Shown in pieces: positions 41,182 to 53,790 of a stretch of 64,000 bases of DNA. The translations under genes and the position numbers were made by a program. Every line of letters starts with the position of its first letter. The first letter of the stretch is position 1. The notes below the pieces were generated by a model. It was not told the origin of the DNA, ran no database searches, and saw nothing but the letters and a program-made list of their open reading frames with translations. This stretch comes from Myxococcales bacterium (GTDB taxonomy: Bacteria > Myxococcota_A > UBA9042 > JABWCM01 > BTVJ01), in NCBI GenBank assembly GCA_045863395.1, contig BTVJ01000005.1:32001-96000 (forward strand), read 5' to 3'.

Positions 41182-42471
41182 CTACGCGCAGGTCCCCAGC
41201 CACCAGGCGACGGCGCCAAGCCCGAGCAGCAGCAGCACCAACAGCAGCGCATCACCGAGGAACTCGCCGGGAGCCTCCCTCGGGGGAATGCCGCGAGGCA
41301 GCCCGGACCCGACGCCCCCCTGGACCAGCGCTCCTCCAGACGGGTGAGACCCAGTGCCACGCCCCCTCTGCCGCTGGAGGAGCGCCTCGATCTGCGCCCG
41401 ATACAGGTCGATCTGCGCCGTGTCGGGGATGAAGATCTGCGTTCCGTCCTGCGGCCCGACGCCAGGCGTCTGGTCCGTCCCTCCCTCAGCGCGTCCGAAG
41501 AGCGTCTGGACCTCCGTCTCCGTCAGGGCCGGGGCTCCGAGCTCCGTCTCGGGAAAGAGCTCGTCGAGCCACTCCACGAGGCGCAAGCGGCCCTGCTCCA
41601 CGCTCCCTCCCGCATGGGGAGCAAGCGCCGCGGCGAGCTCCCCGGCATCGTGAAACCGATCCTCGCGCTGCAAGCTCAGCGCTCGGTGAACCGCGGCCAC
41701 CAACCCAGGCGCCAGGTCCGGCCGTCGCTCACCCAGGGGAGGGATCTCGCAGCGGCGGATCGCCGCCATCGCCTCCACGGGGTTGTCGGCGCGGAACAGA
41801 CGCTCCCCTGCGAGCAGCTCCCAGAGGATGATCCCGAGCGCGAACTGGTCGGCTCGCCCGTCCAGCGGCTGGCTCGCCACCTGCTCGGGCGCCATGTACG
41901 ACGCCTTGCCCTTGACCACCCCGACCCGGGTGTGAGAGGAGCGGCCGGCGACCTTCGCGATGCCGAAGTCGATGATCTTCACGTCCCCGGCGTAGGAGAC
42001 CATGACGTTCTGCGGGCTGATGTCGCGGTGCACGATCCGGAGTGGCAGGCCGGTCTGCTCGTCCGTCAGGGTCCAGGCGTAGTGGAGCCCCTCCGCCACG
42101 AGCGCCCCGATGAAGGCCACGCAACAGGCTGGCGAACTGACGCCCCGCTGCTTGAGTCGCTTGCGGATGGCGAGCAGGTCGACCCCGTAGATGTACTCCA
42201 TCGTGATGTAGTAGGACTCGAAGGTCTTGCCGAGCTCGTAGATGCTGCAGATGTTCGGGTGGTGGAGCTGCGCGGCCAGGCGCGCCTCATCGATGAACGC
42301 CTGCAGGAGCGAGTGATCTTCGGCGATGGACGGTAGGATCCGCTTGAGCGCGACCTCCTTCTCAAAGCCGCTCGGCCCGTAGGACTTGGCCTGGAACACC
42401 TCGGCCATGCCGCCGATGCTCACACGGCGGACGAGCTGGTAGCGACCAAACCATTCAGGCTGGGGCGACAC
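41182..42471 (-). CDS. Hanks-type Ser/Thr protein kinase with C-terminal TM anchor
   Basis: GGMAEV, VALK, HRDISPQN, DFGIAK, YMAPE and DQFALG motifs. Confidence 0.95.
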   Translation of the reverse strand: MSPQPEWFGRYQLVRRVSIGGMAEVFQAKSYGPSGFEKEVALKRILPSIAEDHSLLQAFIDEARLAAQLHHPNICSIYELGKTFESYYITMEYIYGVDLLAIRKRLKQRGVSSPACCVAFIGALVAEGLHYAWTLTDEQTGLPLRIVHRDISPQNVMVSYAGDVKIIDFGIAKVAGRSSHTRVGVVKGKASYMAPEQVASQPLDGRADQFALGIILWELLAGERLFRADNPVEAMAAIRRCEIPPLGERRPDLAPGLVAAVHRALSLQREDRFHDAGELAAALAPHAGGSVEQGRLRLVEWLDELFPETELGAPALTETEVQTLFGRAEGGTDQTPGVGPQDGTQIFIPDTAQIDLYRAQIEALLQRQRGRGTGSHPSGGALVQGGVGSGLPRGIPPREAPGEFLGDALLLVLLLLGLGAVAWWLGTCA

Positions 42472-42474
42472 GGC

Positions 42475-43530
42475 CTAGAACGTGTCCCCGAGCTTCTCCA
42501 GGAGCTTCCGCTGCTCTCGCGTCAGGTCCCGGGGAATGACGACCCGGAGGTGGACGAAGTGATCGCCCTTGCCGAAGGACTGCAAGCGGGGGATCCCCTT
42601 TCCTTTCAACTTGATGACCTCCCCGGGCTGGGTCCCGGCCGGGACCTTGAGCGTCTCGTCACCCCACAGCGTGGGGACCTGAACCTTCGCGCCGAGCGCC
42701 GCCTGGACGACCGTGAGCATCACCTCGCTGTGCACGTCGTAGTCGTCGCGCTCGAAGATCGGGTGGGGCTCCACGGTGAGGAACACGTACAGGTCGCCGC
42801 CGTGGCCTCCCTTTTCTCCGGGCTCCCCTTCGCCGGCAAGCCGGATGCGCGTCCCGGTGTTCACGCCAGCGGGGACCTTGACGGAGATGCGGCGCTCGAC
42901 GCGCTCCCTCCCGGAGCCTTGGCACTTCCCGCACTGCTCGCGGATCACCGTCCCCCGCCCGCGGCAGACCGGGCAGGTGGTACTGATCATGAAGTGGCCC
43001 TGGCTTCGCACTACCTGCCCACGCCCGCCGCAGGATGCGCAGGTCTCGGGGGTGGTGCCGACGGCCGCCCCGCTGCCGGCGCAGTGAACGCACCGCTCGT
43101 AGCGAGCAATGGGGATCTCCCTCTTGCACCCGTTGGCGGCCTCTTCAAAGGTGATGGACAGATCGAACCGCAGGTCGGCGCCGCGGCGTGGCCCGGACCG
43201 GGCTCGCTGCCCACCGCCGCCCCCGAAGCCGAACATATCGCCGAAGACGTCCCCGAAGTGGCTGAAGATGTCCTCGAAGCCTCGGAAGCCCTGAAAGCCC
43301 TGGCCTCGGAGCCCATCGTGGCCGTACTGGTCGTAGACGGCGCGCTTCTCCCGGTCGGACAGGACCTCGTAGGCCTCGGCCGCCGCCTTGAAGAGCTCCT
43401 CCGCCTCCGGGTTGTCCGGGTTCCTGTCCGGGTGGTACTTGAACGCCATGCTGCGATAGGCCTTCTTCACCTCGTCGTCGCCCGCACTGCGGCCAATCCC
43501 AAGCACCTCGTAGTAGTCGCGCTTCACCAT
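42475..43530 (-). CDS. dnaJ: Molecular chaperone DnaJ
   Basis: HPD motif, G/F-rich region, four CxxCxGxG repeats. Confidence 0.97.
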   Translation of the reverse strand: MVKRDYYEVLGIGRSAGDDEVKKAYRSMAFKYHPDRNPDNPEAEELFKAAAEAYEVLSDREKRAVYDQYGHDGLRGQGFQGFRGFEDIFSHFGDVFGDMFGFGGGGGQRARSGPRRGADLRFDLSITFEEAANGCKREIPIARYERCVHCAGSGAAVGTTPETCASCGGRGQVVRSQGHFMISTTCPVCRGRGTVIREQCGKCQGSGRERVERRISVKVPAGVNTGTRIRLAGEGEPGEKGGHGGDLYVFLTVEPHPIFERDDYDVHSEVMLTVVQAALGAKVQVPTLWGDETLKVPAGTQPGEVIKLKGKGIPRLQSFGKGDHFVHLRVVIPRDLTREQRKLLEKLGDTF

Positions 43531-43724
43531 GGCCTCCCGCGGCCCGTCGGGGCCCCGGCCGCCGGGGGCCGGGGGCTGGTCGAAAAGTCCAGCAGAAGTA
43601 ACGGCGACACCCCCGTCCCGTCAAGCAGCCGTTTCGTTGGCTCACTCCGTGGAGGACGCGTCGCAGGTGACGCGCCCCATCGACCCCGCTAGAATGGGCG
43701 GCCGTCTTACGCCGGAGGAGAGGC

Positions 43725-45779
<2,055 letters not shown>

Positions 45780-45796
45780 GGCCGGTCCGACAGGAG

Positions 45797-46183
45797 CTAG
45801 GGCGCTTCGACGCCGTCCGACGTGACGACGATGCTAGCCTCGGCTGAACCATAGACGAACTCGAACAGCTCGTTGAAGTCCCAGTGGGCCATCCCGAAGA
45901 AGCGGATTGCCACTCCGGCCTCAGCCCCCGTCTCGCGGGCCTCCACCGGGCCGACGATTCGAACTACTTCACCGTTGAGGACCATCTCGTAGTCGCCCGA
46001 CGGCGAGGGGAACCGGACGGTCACGGTCTCGCCGAGCCGGTAGCGCTTGCGGGTCTTGAGGAACATCCCCATGGGGTTGAGGTTGACAGCCTCGCACTGG
46101 GACTCCCGTCCGTGGATGTACTCCATCACGCGGACCGGGCGCCGAAACAAGCGCCGAATGAACTTCCGCCTCTCAAAGCCCAT
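45797..46183 (-). CDS. Stand-alone PilZ domain protein
   Basis: ERRKFIR (RxxxR), NLNPMGMFL, GEVVR and GVAIRF motifs; GGAGG RBS. Confidence 0.88.
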   Translation of the reverse strand: MGFERRKFIRRLFRRPVRVMEYIHGRESQCEAVNLNPMGMFLKTRKRYRLGETVTVRFPSPSGDYEMVLNGEVVRIVGPVEARETGAEAGVAIRFFGMAHWDFNELFEFVYGSAEASIVVTSDGVEAP

Positions 46184-46343
46184 GGTGTGCCTCCATAGTC
46201 CTCTGCCGTCTGTCCGCCGCGCCCCGCCAGGCGCATCGCCGACCACGGTGCACCATCGGCATCCTGAGCGTGGGGCTTGAGCAGAACTTTGATGCCGGAG
46301 CCCATTGATGCCGAAGGTCAGCGGCGACGCTCATCGAAGGCGG

Positions 46344-46391
46344 GGAGCGGCGTGCGCGGAGCGGCGTACGCGGAGCGGCGTGCGCGGAGCG
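46344..46391. repeat. 14-bp tandem repeat GGAGCGGCGTRCGC, about 3.4 copies
   Basis: Units start at 46344, 46358 and 46372, with a partial unit at 46386. Confidence 0.9.
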
Positions 46392-46413
46392 CCCGACAAG
46401 GGCACCGAGGTGC

Positions 46414-46767
46414 TCAGGGCACCTCCTCCTCGTCGTCCTCGTCATCGATCTCCGGCTCGTCGCCGAAGTCCAGATCCTCGTCGAAGTCGAAGTCGTCGTC
46501 CTCCCCAGCCGCGACCTCCTCGTCGCGCTCGCCCTCTTCCTCCTCGACGTCGTCGAGCAGGGTGCGCTGCGGCCGCGCCGGCTTGGGAGCCCTGACCGGC
46601 TTGATGGCCAGAGCCTCCATCGCCGAGACGTCGACAAGCGGCGCATCCTTTTGATTTGCGCCGCACTTCGGGCACACGGACTCCCCGCGATTCATGTCGT
46701 AGAACTTGCAGCTACAGGAGTAGCACGAGTACTTGGTCCCGTAACGGGACAGATCGATTCGGGCCAT
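46414..46767 (-). CDS. FYDLN-acid (TIGR02300-like) zinc-ribbon protein
   Basis: GTKYSCYSCSCKFYDMN...CPKCG followed by a very acidic tail. Confidence 0.9.
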   Translation of the reverse strand: MARIDLSRYGTKYSCYSCSCKFYDMNRGESVCPKCGANQKDAPLVDVSAMEALAIKPVRAPKPARPQRTLLDDVEEEEGERDEEVAAGEDDDFDFDEDLDFGDEPEIDDEDDEEEVP

Positions 46768-46857
46768 CAGGAATCCTCCCGGTACGGTTCGACGGAGCAC
46801 CGTCGCACGTGTCGCGCAAGCCTACACCCAGGGTGGCCTGTCGAAAATCCGCGGCAG

Positions 46858-46885
46858 ATTATGTAGGGGGCATCGTCGTTGTCAA
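46858..46885 (-). promoter_or_regulatory. Sigma70-type promoter
   Basis: TTGACA-16 nt-CATAAT. Confidence 0.55.
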
Positions 46886-46965
46886 GCCGTGCGACCGGCC
46901 GGTGAGCGCCCCCTTGTGCATGGACAACCGGGGCGCTAGGCTTGCGCCTCGCATTGAGGCGGCCC

Positions 46966-48345
46966 ATGGCATTCGAGCAACAGCACCGTTCACCCCAAGC
47001 GAGAGACCCGGGCGCTGACGGGGGCCGCACGCCACCCGCAAGCCTGGAGGCGGAGCGAGCGCTCCTCGGCGCGCTGCTGCTGGACCCCGGAACCCTGAAC
47101 ACGGTCCTGGAGCACGTGAAGGAGGAGGACTTCTACAGGGAGTCACACCGCCACATCTTCGGCGCCATCTGCGCCCTGTTCGAACGGAACGAACCCTTCG
47201 ACCCCATCGCGCTCTCGGACGAGCTCCGGCGCGCAGGTACATTCGACAGCATCGGCGGCACCGCCTACATCTCAGCACTGCTCGATGCCGTCCCCGCCAT
47301 GAGCTCCATCGAGCACTACGCGCGGATGGTCGCAGAGAAGGCTACGAGCCGGCGTATGATCTGGGCGGCGAGCGAGATAGTGAGCATCGGCTACGACGCC
47401 GAGCTCGCCCCGCGGGACTACCTCGACCGGGCCCAAAAGCTGGTCTTCGAGGTCCTCGACGCTGGCTCCCGGTCAGAGGCCGTGCCACTGAAGCATGTCC
47501 TGAAGGACGCCATCTCCCACATCCAGGCGCTCTACGAGAAGCGCGAGGGGGTCACGGGGCTGACCACGGGCTTCGAGAAACTCGACAGCCTGCTTCTTGG
47601 CCTCCATCCCACGGACCTGATCATCCTCGCCGCGCGACCTGCCATGGGGAAGACCACGTTCGTTCTCAACTTGGCCGCGAACGCCGCGCTCCTGGGCAAC
47701 GCGGCCGTGGTGGTGTTCTCTTTGGAGATGGGCTCAGAGCAGCTCGCGCTGAGGATGCTCTCGTCCGAGTCCCGCATCGAGCTGGGCAAGCTCCGCAGCG
47801 GCTTCCTCTCGGACGCGGACTGGCCACGCCTCGCCAACGCCGCTGCCCGCCTCGCCGAAGCGCGCATCTTCATCGACGAGTCCGGTTCACCTACGGTCCT
47901 CGACATTCGAGCCAAGACGCGCCGCCTTCGCCTCGAGGGCAAGTGCGACCTCATCGTCATCGACTACCTGCAGCTCATGCAGGGGCGGAACAACACCGCC
48001 AGCCGCGAGCAAGTGATTAGCGAGATCTCACGTTCGCTGAAGGGCTTGGCCAAGGAGCTGAACGTCCCGATCATCGCCCTGAGCCAGCTCAACCGAGGCC
48101 TCGAACAGCGGACGGACAAGCGCCCGATGATGAGCGACCTCCGGGAATCGGGAGCCATAGAGCAGGACGCGGACATCATCGGGTTCATCTATCGCGATGA
48201 GGTCTACCACCCCGAGACCGAGGACAAAGGCATCGGGGAGATCATCATCGCAAAGCACCGCAACGGGCCCACGGGCACCGTGAAGCTCAAGTTCTTCAAC
48301 ACCTTCACACGTTTCGACAATCTGTACGAGGACGTTCCCCGCTGA
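46966..48345 (+). CDS. dnaB: Replicative DNA helicase
   Basis: ARPAMGKT, FSLEM, IDYLQL, LSQLNR and DLRESGAIEQDAD motifs. Confidence 0.98.
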   Translation: MAFEQQHRSPQARDPGADGGRTPPASLEAERALLGALLLDPGTLNTVLEHVKEEDFYRESHRHIFGAICALFERNEPFDPIALSDELRRAGTFDSIGGTAYISALLDAVPAMSSIEHYARMVAEKATSRRMIWAASEIVSIGYDAELAPRDYLDRAQKLVFEVLDAGSRSEAVPLKHVLKDAISHIQALYEKREGVTGLTTGFEKLDSLLLGLHPTDLIILAARPAMGKTTFVLNLAANAALLGNAAVVVFSLEMGSEQLALRMLSSESRIELGKLRSGFLSDADWPRLANAAARLAEARIFIDESGSPTVLDIRAKTRRLRLEGKCDLIVIDYLQLMQGRNNTASREQVISEISRSLKGLAKELNVPIIALSQLNRGLEQRTDKRPMMSDLRESGAIEQDADIIGFIYRDEVYHPETEDKGIGEIIIAKHRNGPTGTVKLKFFNTFTRFDNLYEDVPR

Positions 48346-48426
48346 CGAATTGAGGGCAGGCGGTGGCGGCCACGTTCGGCGCTCATGGACGGTGGCCACG
48401 GCTGCGGAGAGGGATCGAGAGGGCCG

Positions 48427-49590
48427 TCAGGGCAGCCGCACCACGTATGGCATGCGATCCAATACACGGTCCACGCGACGCAGGATCTCGCCGGTCTGCT
48501 CCACCGTACCTACGCTCATTCGCGCATAGTGCTGGAGCTGCGGGATGGAGCTCCGGTCACGAATGAACACTCCCTCATCCTCGAGGAGAGCGCAGAAGCG
48601 CTTCGCGTCTGGAACGCGGATCAGCACGTAGTTGGCGGGCGTCACGCGACACTCCACGCCGCGCGCGTCCAGATGCTCACGGATGAGCTCCTTGGCTGCG
48701 GTGACGCTCGCGACGTACCGGTCCAGGTACTCGCGATCCTGCAGAGCCGCCTCTGCCGCGATCTGCCCCAGCACATTGACGCTCTTCGGGTTGAAGATCC
48801 TCTTCAGCGTCTCGATGACCTCAGGGCACGCGACCGCATAGCCGATCCGCAGACCGGCGATCCCGAAGGACTTTGAGAACGTCCGCGTGACGACGAGGTT
48901 CGGGTACCGCTGTGTCAGCACAGCCACCGATACGCCGCAGAACTCGAAGTAAGCCTCATCAACGATGACGATCGCGCCGGGGGCAGCCTCAAGGACCCGA
49001 GAGACCTGCTCCTCACTGTACCTGATGCCCGTCGGGTTGTTCGGGCTGACCAGGTAGATGAGCTTCGTGCGGTAGCCCACGCTCTTCAGGATCCCGTCAA
49101 GGTTCTGGTGAAAGGGATCCTCGGCATACACACGAAGGATCTGCGCGCCCCGGGCGCCCGCGTACACCAGGAAGTGAGTGTACGTGGGCGACGGGACAAC
49201 CACCTCGTCGCCGTCGTCGAGGTAGGTCCGACAGACCAGGTCGAGCGCGTCGTCCGAACCGTTGGTCACGAGGAGCGACCCCTCCGGGACGCCGACGTAG
49301 GACGCCAACGCCGTGGTCAACCGCTTGCTGTACAGCTCCGGGTACCAGTTCAGGTGGTGCGTGTTGGACAGGAACCTGCCAATTGCGGCCAGCACCATCG
49401 GGGAGGGAGGGATCGTCGACTCGTTCCAATCCAGCTTGTACACATCCCGCACGCAGCCCGAATCGATCTTGTCCCGTGACGAGACCGCGTCGTAGGGACG
49501 AATTCCGGCCACGTAGCGAGAGGGCAGCGGTGAGCCCGCATCCAGATCGAGGTGCGCTGCAGGGACGTTCTCCATGCGAAAGCTCGTCAT
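48427..49590 (-). CDS. HisC-like PLP-dependent aminotransferase
   Basis: NGSDD, PNNPTG, VDEAYFEF and RTFSKSFGIAGLRIGY motifs; not in a his operon. Confidence 0.88.
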   Translation of the reverse strand: MTSFRMENVPAAHLDLDAGSPLPSRYVAGIRPYDAVSSRDKIDSGCVRDVYKLDWNESTIPPSPMVLAAIGRFLSNTHHLNWYPELYSKRLTTALASYVGVPEGSLLVTNGSDDALDLVCRTYLDDGDEVVVPSPTYTHFLVYAGARGAQILRVYAEDPFHQNLDGILKSVGYRTKLIYLVSPNNPTGIRYSEEQVSRVLEAAPGAIVIVDEAYFEFCGVSVAVLTQRYPNLVVTRTFSKSFGIAGLRIGYAVACPEVIETLKRIFNPKSVNVLGQIAAEAALQDREYLDRYVASVTAAKELIREHLDARGVECRVTPANYVLIRVPDAKRFCALLEDEGVFIRDRSSIPQLQHYARMSVGTVEQTGEILRRVDRVLDRMPYVVRLP

Positions 49591-49815
49591 CCAATCCCTC
49601 TCGTTCCCACGCCCCCCTTCGGCGGGCGTAATCTTTCATAGGGTCCCCGGGGTGTCAAGGTTGAGCCCGGGCTCAGTACGCCGCCCCGCTTGCAATCTTC
49701 AGGCCACGCCCACATCAAGGCTTGACCACCCCCAGCGGCATCGCTCGCGGACGCTCCACCTCCCAACCACAGGGGGACGCCGGCGCTCGCCGGAGCCGGG
49801 CCACTGAAACAAGCC

Positions 49816-49849
49816 AAAAAAAAAGGACCCGCCACAGGTGGCGGGTCCT
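49816..49849 (-). terminator. Intrinsic terminator after the tRNAs
   Basis: AGGACCCGCCAC/GTGGCGGGTCCT inverted repeat followed by a run of T. Confidence 0.92.
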
Positions 49850-49854
49850 CTTCA

Positions 49855-49929
49855 TGGTAGCCCGTACGAGAGTCGAACTCGTGATTCAGCCTTGAGAGGG
49901 CCGCGTCCTGACCACTAGACTAACGGGCC
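49855..49929 (-). tRNA. tRNA-Glu(CTC)
   Basis: GGCCCGT/ACGGGCT acceptor stem, anticodon loop CTCTCAA, GTTCGA T-loop, encoded CCA. Confidence 0.96.
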
Positions 49930-49967
49930 ACTGAGGTCACACGCTGTGGTCTTTGCGCGCAACCCGG

Positions 49968-50038
49968 TTCGGGGACTAGGATTCGAACCTAGATTAACGG
50001 GGCCAGAACCCGTCGTCCTGCCGTTAGACGATCCCCGA
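49968..50038 (-). tRNA. tRNA-Gln(CTG)
   Basis: TCGGGGA/TCCCCGA acceptor stem (U1-A72), anticodon loop TTCTGGC, GTTCGAATC; followed by CCG rather than CCA. Confidence 0.95.
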
Positions 50039-50069
50039 ATTGTCATCCCCCCAAAACCAGCGGGAAGAG

Positions 50070-50098
50070 CTTTTAGCACTTCTCCCGCTGAGGCGCAA
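50070..50098 (-). promoter_or_regulatory. Probable tRNA operon promoter
   Basis: TTGCGC-17 nt-TAAAAG with TG extension. Confidence 0.55.
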
Positions 50099-50133
50099 GG
50101 CGAAAATCACCGTGCACTGCCACTGGAGTACGC

Positions 50134-50577
50134 CTACTCCTCAGTGGATGAGAAGGACTCCTTCGAGCTGGCCGCGGTAGCTCCCGCCGCCTGCCCTGAT
50201 CGCGACTTGAACACCGGACGCCCCCCGGGGACGAGCTCGATGATCGACATCGGCGCGTTGTCCCCGTGGCGCTGACGCACCTTCACGATACGCGTATACC
50301 CGCCCGGACGCTCCACGAATCGCGGGCCGATGTCGTCGAAGAGCTTCTTCAACACGTCGGCGCTCTGCAGCCACTTGGCCGCGTTCCGTCGCGCGTGCAG
50401 CGTGCCCTTCTTTCCCTGCGTGATCAGCTTCTCGGCGATGCTTCGAAGCTCCTTGGCCCGGGTGTCGGTCGTCTCGATGCGCTCGTGCTCGAACAAGGAC
50501 GTCACCATGTTCCTGAACATGGCATGCCGGTGTGTTGCGGTGCGGCCGAGCTTTCTACCTGAGTTTCGATGCCTCAT
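50134..50577 (-). CDS. rplQ: 50S ribosomal protein L17
   Basis: MRHR..GRKLGR and RPGGYTRI motifs. Confidence 0.98.
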   Translation of the reverse strand: MRHRNSGRKLGRTATHRHAMFRNMVTSLFEHERIETTDTRAKELRSIAEKLITQGKKGTLHARRNAAKWLQSADVLKKLFDDIGPRFVERPGGYTRIVKVRQRHGDNAPMSIIELVPGGRPVFKSRSGQAAGATAASSKESFSSTEE

Positions 50578-50641
50578 CGTCCCTGCTCCTACGTTCCGTC
50601 GTCAGCGCCACCATCGACGCCTCCGACCCCTCGTGCTCGTG

Positions 50642-51640
<999 letters not shown>

Positions 51641-51692
51641 GGATGTCGTTCCTCCGTGGTGCTTTCGAGGCCGGCGGGATCCGCGCGCGGGA

Positions 51693-52319
51693 CTACTTCG
51701 AGTAGAGCTCGACGATGAGCTGCTCGTCGATCGGCATCATGATGTCCTCACGTGCCGGGAGGCTCCGAACCATCCCCTTGAACGATCCCTTGTCGAGATC
51801 CACCCACTGAGGGACCCCACGCCGGTCGACGCTGTCGAGCGACTCCACGATCCTCGCCACGCTGCGGCTCCGCTCCTTGAGCTCCAGCACGTCTCCAGCC
51901 CGGACCAGGATCGAGGGAACATCCGCCCTCCGACCGTTGAGGCGGAAGTGCCCGTGCCGAACGAGCTGCCGCGCCTCCGACCGGTTGCCGGCAAATCCCA
52001 TCCGGTAGATGACATTGTCCAGGCGCCGCTCCAGGAGCTGGAGCAGATTCTCGCCCGTGATCCCCTTCTTGCGCTCGGCCAAGGCGAAGTAACGACGGAA
52101 CTGCTTCTCCAGCAGCCCGTACATCCTCTTCACCTTCTGCTTCTCACGAAGCTGCTGTCCATACTCGGAGAGCTTGCTACGACGCTGACCGTGCTGCCCC
52201 GGTGCGTACCCTCGGCGCTCAATCGCGCACTTCTCGGTGTAGCAGCGCTCGCCCTTGAGCATGAGCTTCATGCCCTCTCGACGGCACAAGCGACACACAG
52301 GCCCGATGTACCTGGCCAC
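51693..52319 (-). CDS. rpsD: 30S ribosomal protein S4
   Basis: [21 protein letters not shown] and IVELYSK motifs. Confidence 0.99.
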   Translation of the reverse strand: MARYIGPVCRLCRREGMKLMLKGERCYTEKCAIERRGYAPGQHGQRRSKLSEYGQQLREKQKVKRMYGLLEKQFRRYFALAERKKGITGENLLQLLERRLDNVIYRMGFAGNRSEARQLVRHGHFRLNGRRADVPSILVRAGDVLELKERSRSVARIVESLDSVDRRGVPQWVDLDKGSFKGMVRSLPAREDIMMPIDEQLIVELYSK

Positions 52320-52413
52320 GACTTCCTCCTCACTCGCTACGAAGCTACTCCGGCGAAATCACGCCGACTCAATCATTACCATCGGACCGCGAAGCGTCCC
52401 GCGGATCCCTCGC

Positions 52414-52830
52414 TCAGACGCGCCGGCGCTTCGGCGGGCGGCACCCGTTGTGCGGGATAGGCGTGACATCTCGGATCAGAGTCACCTTGAAACCGGCGGA
52501 CTGCAGCGCTCGCAGGGCGGCCTCTCGACCCGAGCCCGGTCCCTTCACGAACACGGACACGGTGCGCATCCCATGCTCCTGAGCCTGGCGCGCAGCGTCC
52601 TCCGCGGCGACCTGGGCAGCGAAGGGCGTGCTCTTGCGAGACCCCTTGAATCCTCGCTTCCCCGCGCTCGACCACGAGACGGTGTTCCCGCTCACGTCCG
52701 TGATGGTCACGATCGTGTTGTTGAACGTCGATTGGATGTGGGCAACTCCGGTCTGAATGTTCTTCTTGACCTTCTTCTTGCCCTTGCTCTTTCGCCCGGA
52801 CGCCGAGCCTGCCGCTGCTGCCTTCGCCAT
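52414..52830 (-). CDS. rpsK: 30S ribosomal protein S11
   Basis: STFNNTI and [13 protein letters not shown] motifs. Confidence 0.99.
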   Translation of the reverse strand: MAKAAAAGSASGRKSKGKKKVKKNIQTGVAHIQSTFNNTIVTITDVSGNTVSWSSAGKRGFKGSRKSTPFAAQVAAEDAARQAQEHGMRTVSVFVKGPGSGREAALRALQSAGFKVTLIRDVTPIPHNGCRPPKRRRV

Positions 52831-52899
52831 GATCCGTCTCCGTATCGAGCTGTGCTGTCGAGCCCGCGGACGAGCCCGCCGGCGACGCCGTAGCTGCGT

Positions 52900-53268
52900 T
52901 TACTTCTTCTTCTTGATCGTTGCCCGGCGTGGGCCCTTCCTGGTGCGAGCGTTCGTGTGCGTCCGCTGGCCTCTCACCGGCAAGCCGCGACGGTGCCGAA
53001 GCCCCCTGAAGCAGCCGAGGTCCATCAACCGCTTGATGCTCATGGAGATGTCACGACGGAGGTCACCCTCCACCTTGTACTCTTGCTCGATGAGCTGCCG
53101 AATCTTGACCGTGTCGCCCTCTGTGAGGTCATCTGAGAGCTGATGCGGGTTCAGGTTGGTCTTCGCGCAGATCTCCAGCGAGGACTTGCGCCCGATCCCA
53201 TAGATGTAGGTCAACGCGACCCAGAGCTGCTTTCGGCGGGGAAGGTCCACGCCAGCGATACGTGCCAT
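52900..53268 (-). CDS. rpsM: 30S ribosomal protein S13
   Basis: MARIAGVD and [14 protein letters not shown] motifs. Confidence 0.99.
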   Translation of the reverse strand: MARIAGVDLPRRKQLWVALTYIYGIGRKSSLEICAKTNLNPHQLSDDLTEGDTVKIRQLIEQEYKVEGDLRRDISMSIKRLMDLGCFRGLRHRRGLPVRGQRTHTNARTRKGPRRATIKKKK

Positions 53269-53362
53269 GCTTCATCTCCTCCAGAGGGAACCGAGGCTCA
53301 ATGGGGGGTTTGGATGCCCCGGCCTGGCATGCGGCGCTGAAACACCGCGGCCACAGCTCGCT

Positions 53363-53476
53363 TCAGCCCTGCCGCTGCTTGTGGCGAGGGTTCTCGCAGA
53401 TCACGCGCACGATACCCTTTCGCCGCACTACCTTGCACTTCTCACAAATTCTCTTGACCGACGCTCGCACCTTCAT
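53363..53476 (-). CDS. rpmJ: 50S ribosomal protein L36
   Basis: Below the ORF-track cutoff; [37 protein letters not shown]. Confidence 0.98.
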   Translation of the reverse strand: MKVRASVKRICEKCKVVRRKGIVRVICENPRHKQRQG

Positions 53477-53533
53477 CGTTCGTCTCACTCTCGCTTCGAC
53501 CCTGCTCGCCGCCGGCGGCAGGGTGTCGTTGGC

Positions 53534-53755
53534 TTACCGCGCGATGCGGCGGATGATTCTCGCTCGACTGGTGTCGTAGGGCGACACCTCGAGCGCTACC
53601 CGATCACCGGGCAGGATCTGCACAAAGTGCAACCTCATCGTGCTCGCCACATGGGCGTATACGCTGCGACCGTCGTCGAGGTCCACTTTGTACACTCCGC
53701 TGGGGAGGGCCTCGACCACCCTCCCCAGTGCCTCACGTCCCAGCTCCGGCGCCAT
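53534..53755 (-). CDS. infA: Translation initiation factor IF-1 (divergent)
   Basis: VVEALP, ILPGDRV and SPYD motifs; syntenic before rpmJ. Confidence 0.9.
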   Translation of the reverse strand: MAPELGREALGRVVEALPSGVYKVDLDDGRSVYAHVASTMRLHFVQILPGDRVALEVSPYDTSRARIIRRIAR

Positions 53756-53790
53756 GGCTCCACCACGCGACCCATAGAAGCAGGGAGGCC

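Noticed and set aside
46184..46340. c-di-GMP riboswitch or sigma54 promoter before the PilZ gene
   Set aside because: No GEMM-like motif, and the GG-N10-GC spacing does not fit.
46344..46391. CRISPR array
   Set aside because: The 14-bp units are contiguous with no spacers, and there are no cas genes.
49591..49855. Integrative element at the tRNA 3' end
   Set aside because: No integrase or duplicated tRNA fragment; a normal terminator follows directly.
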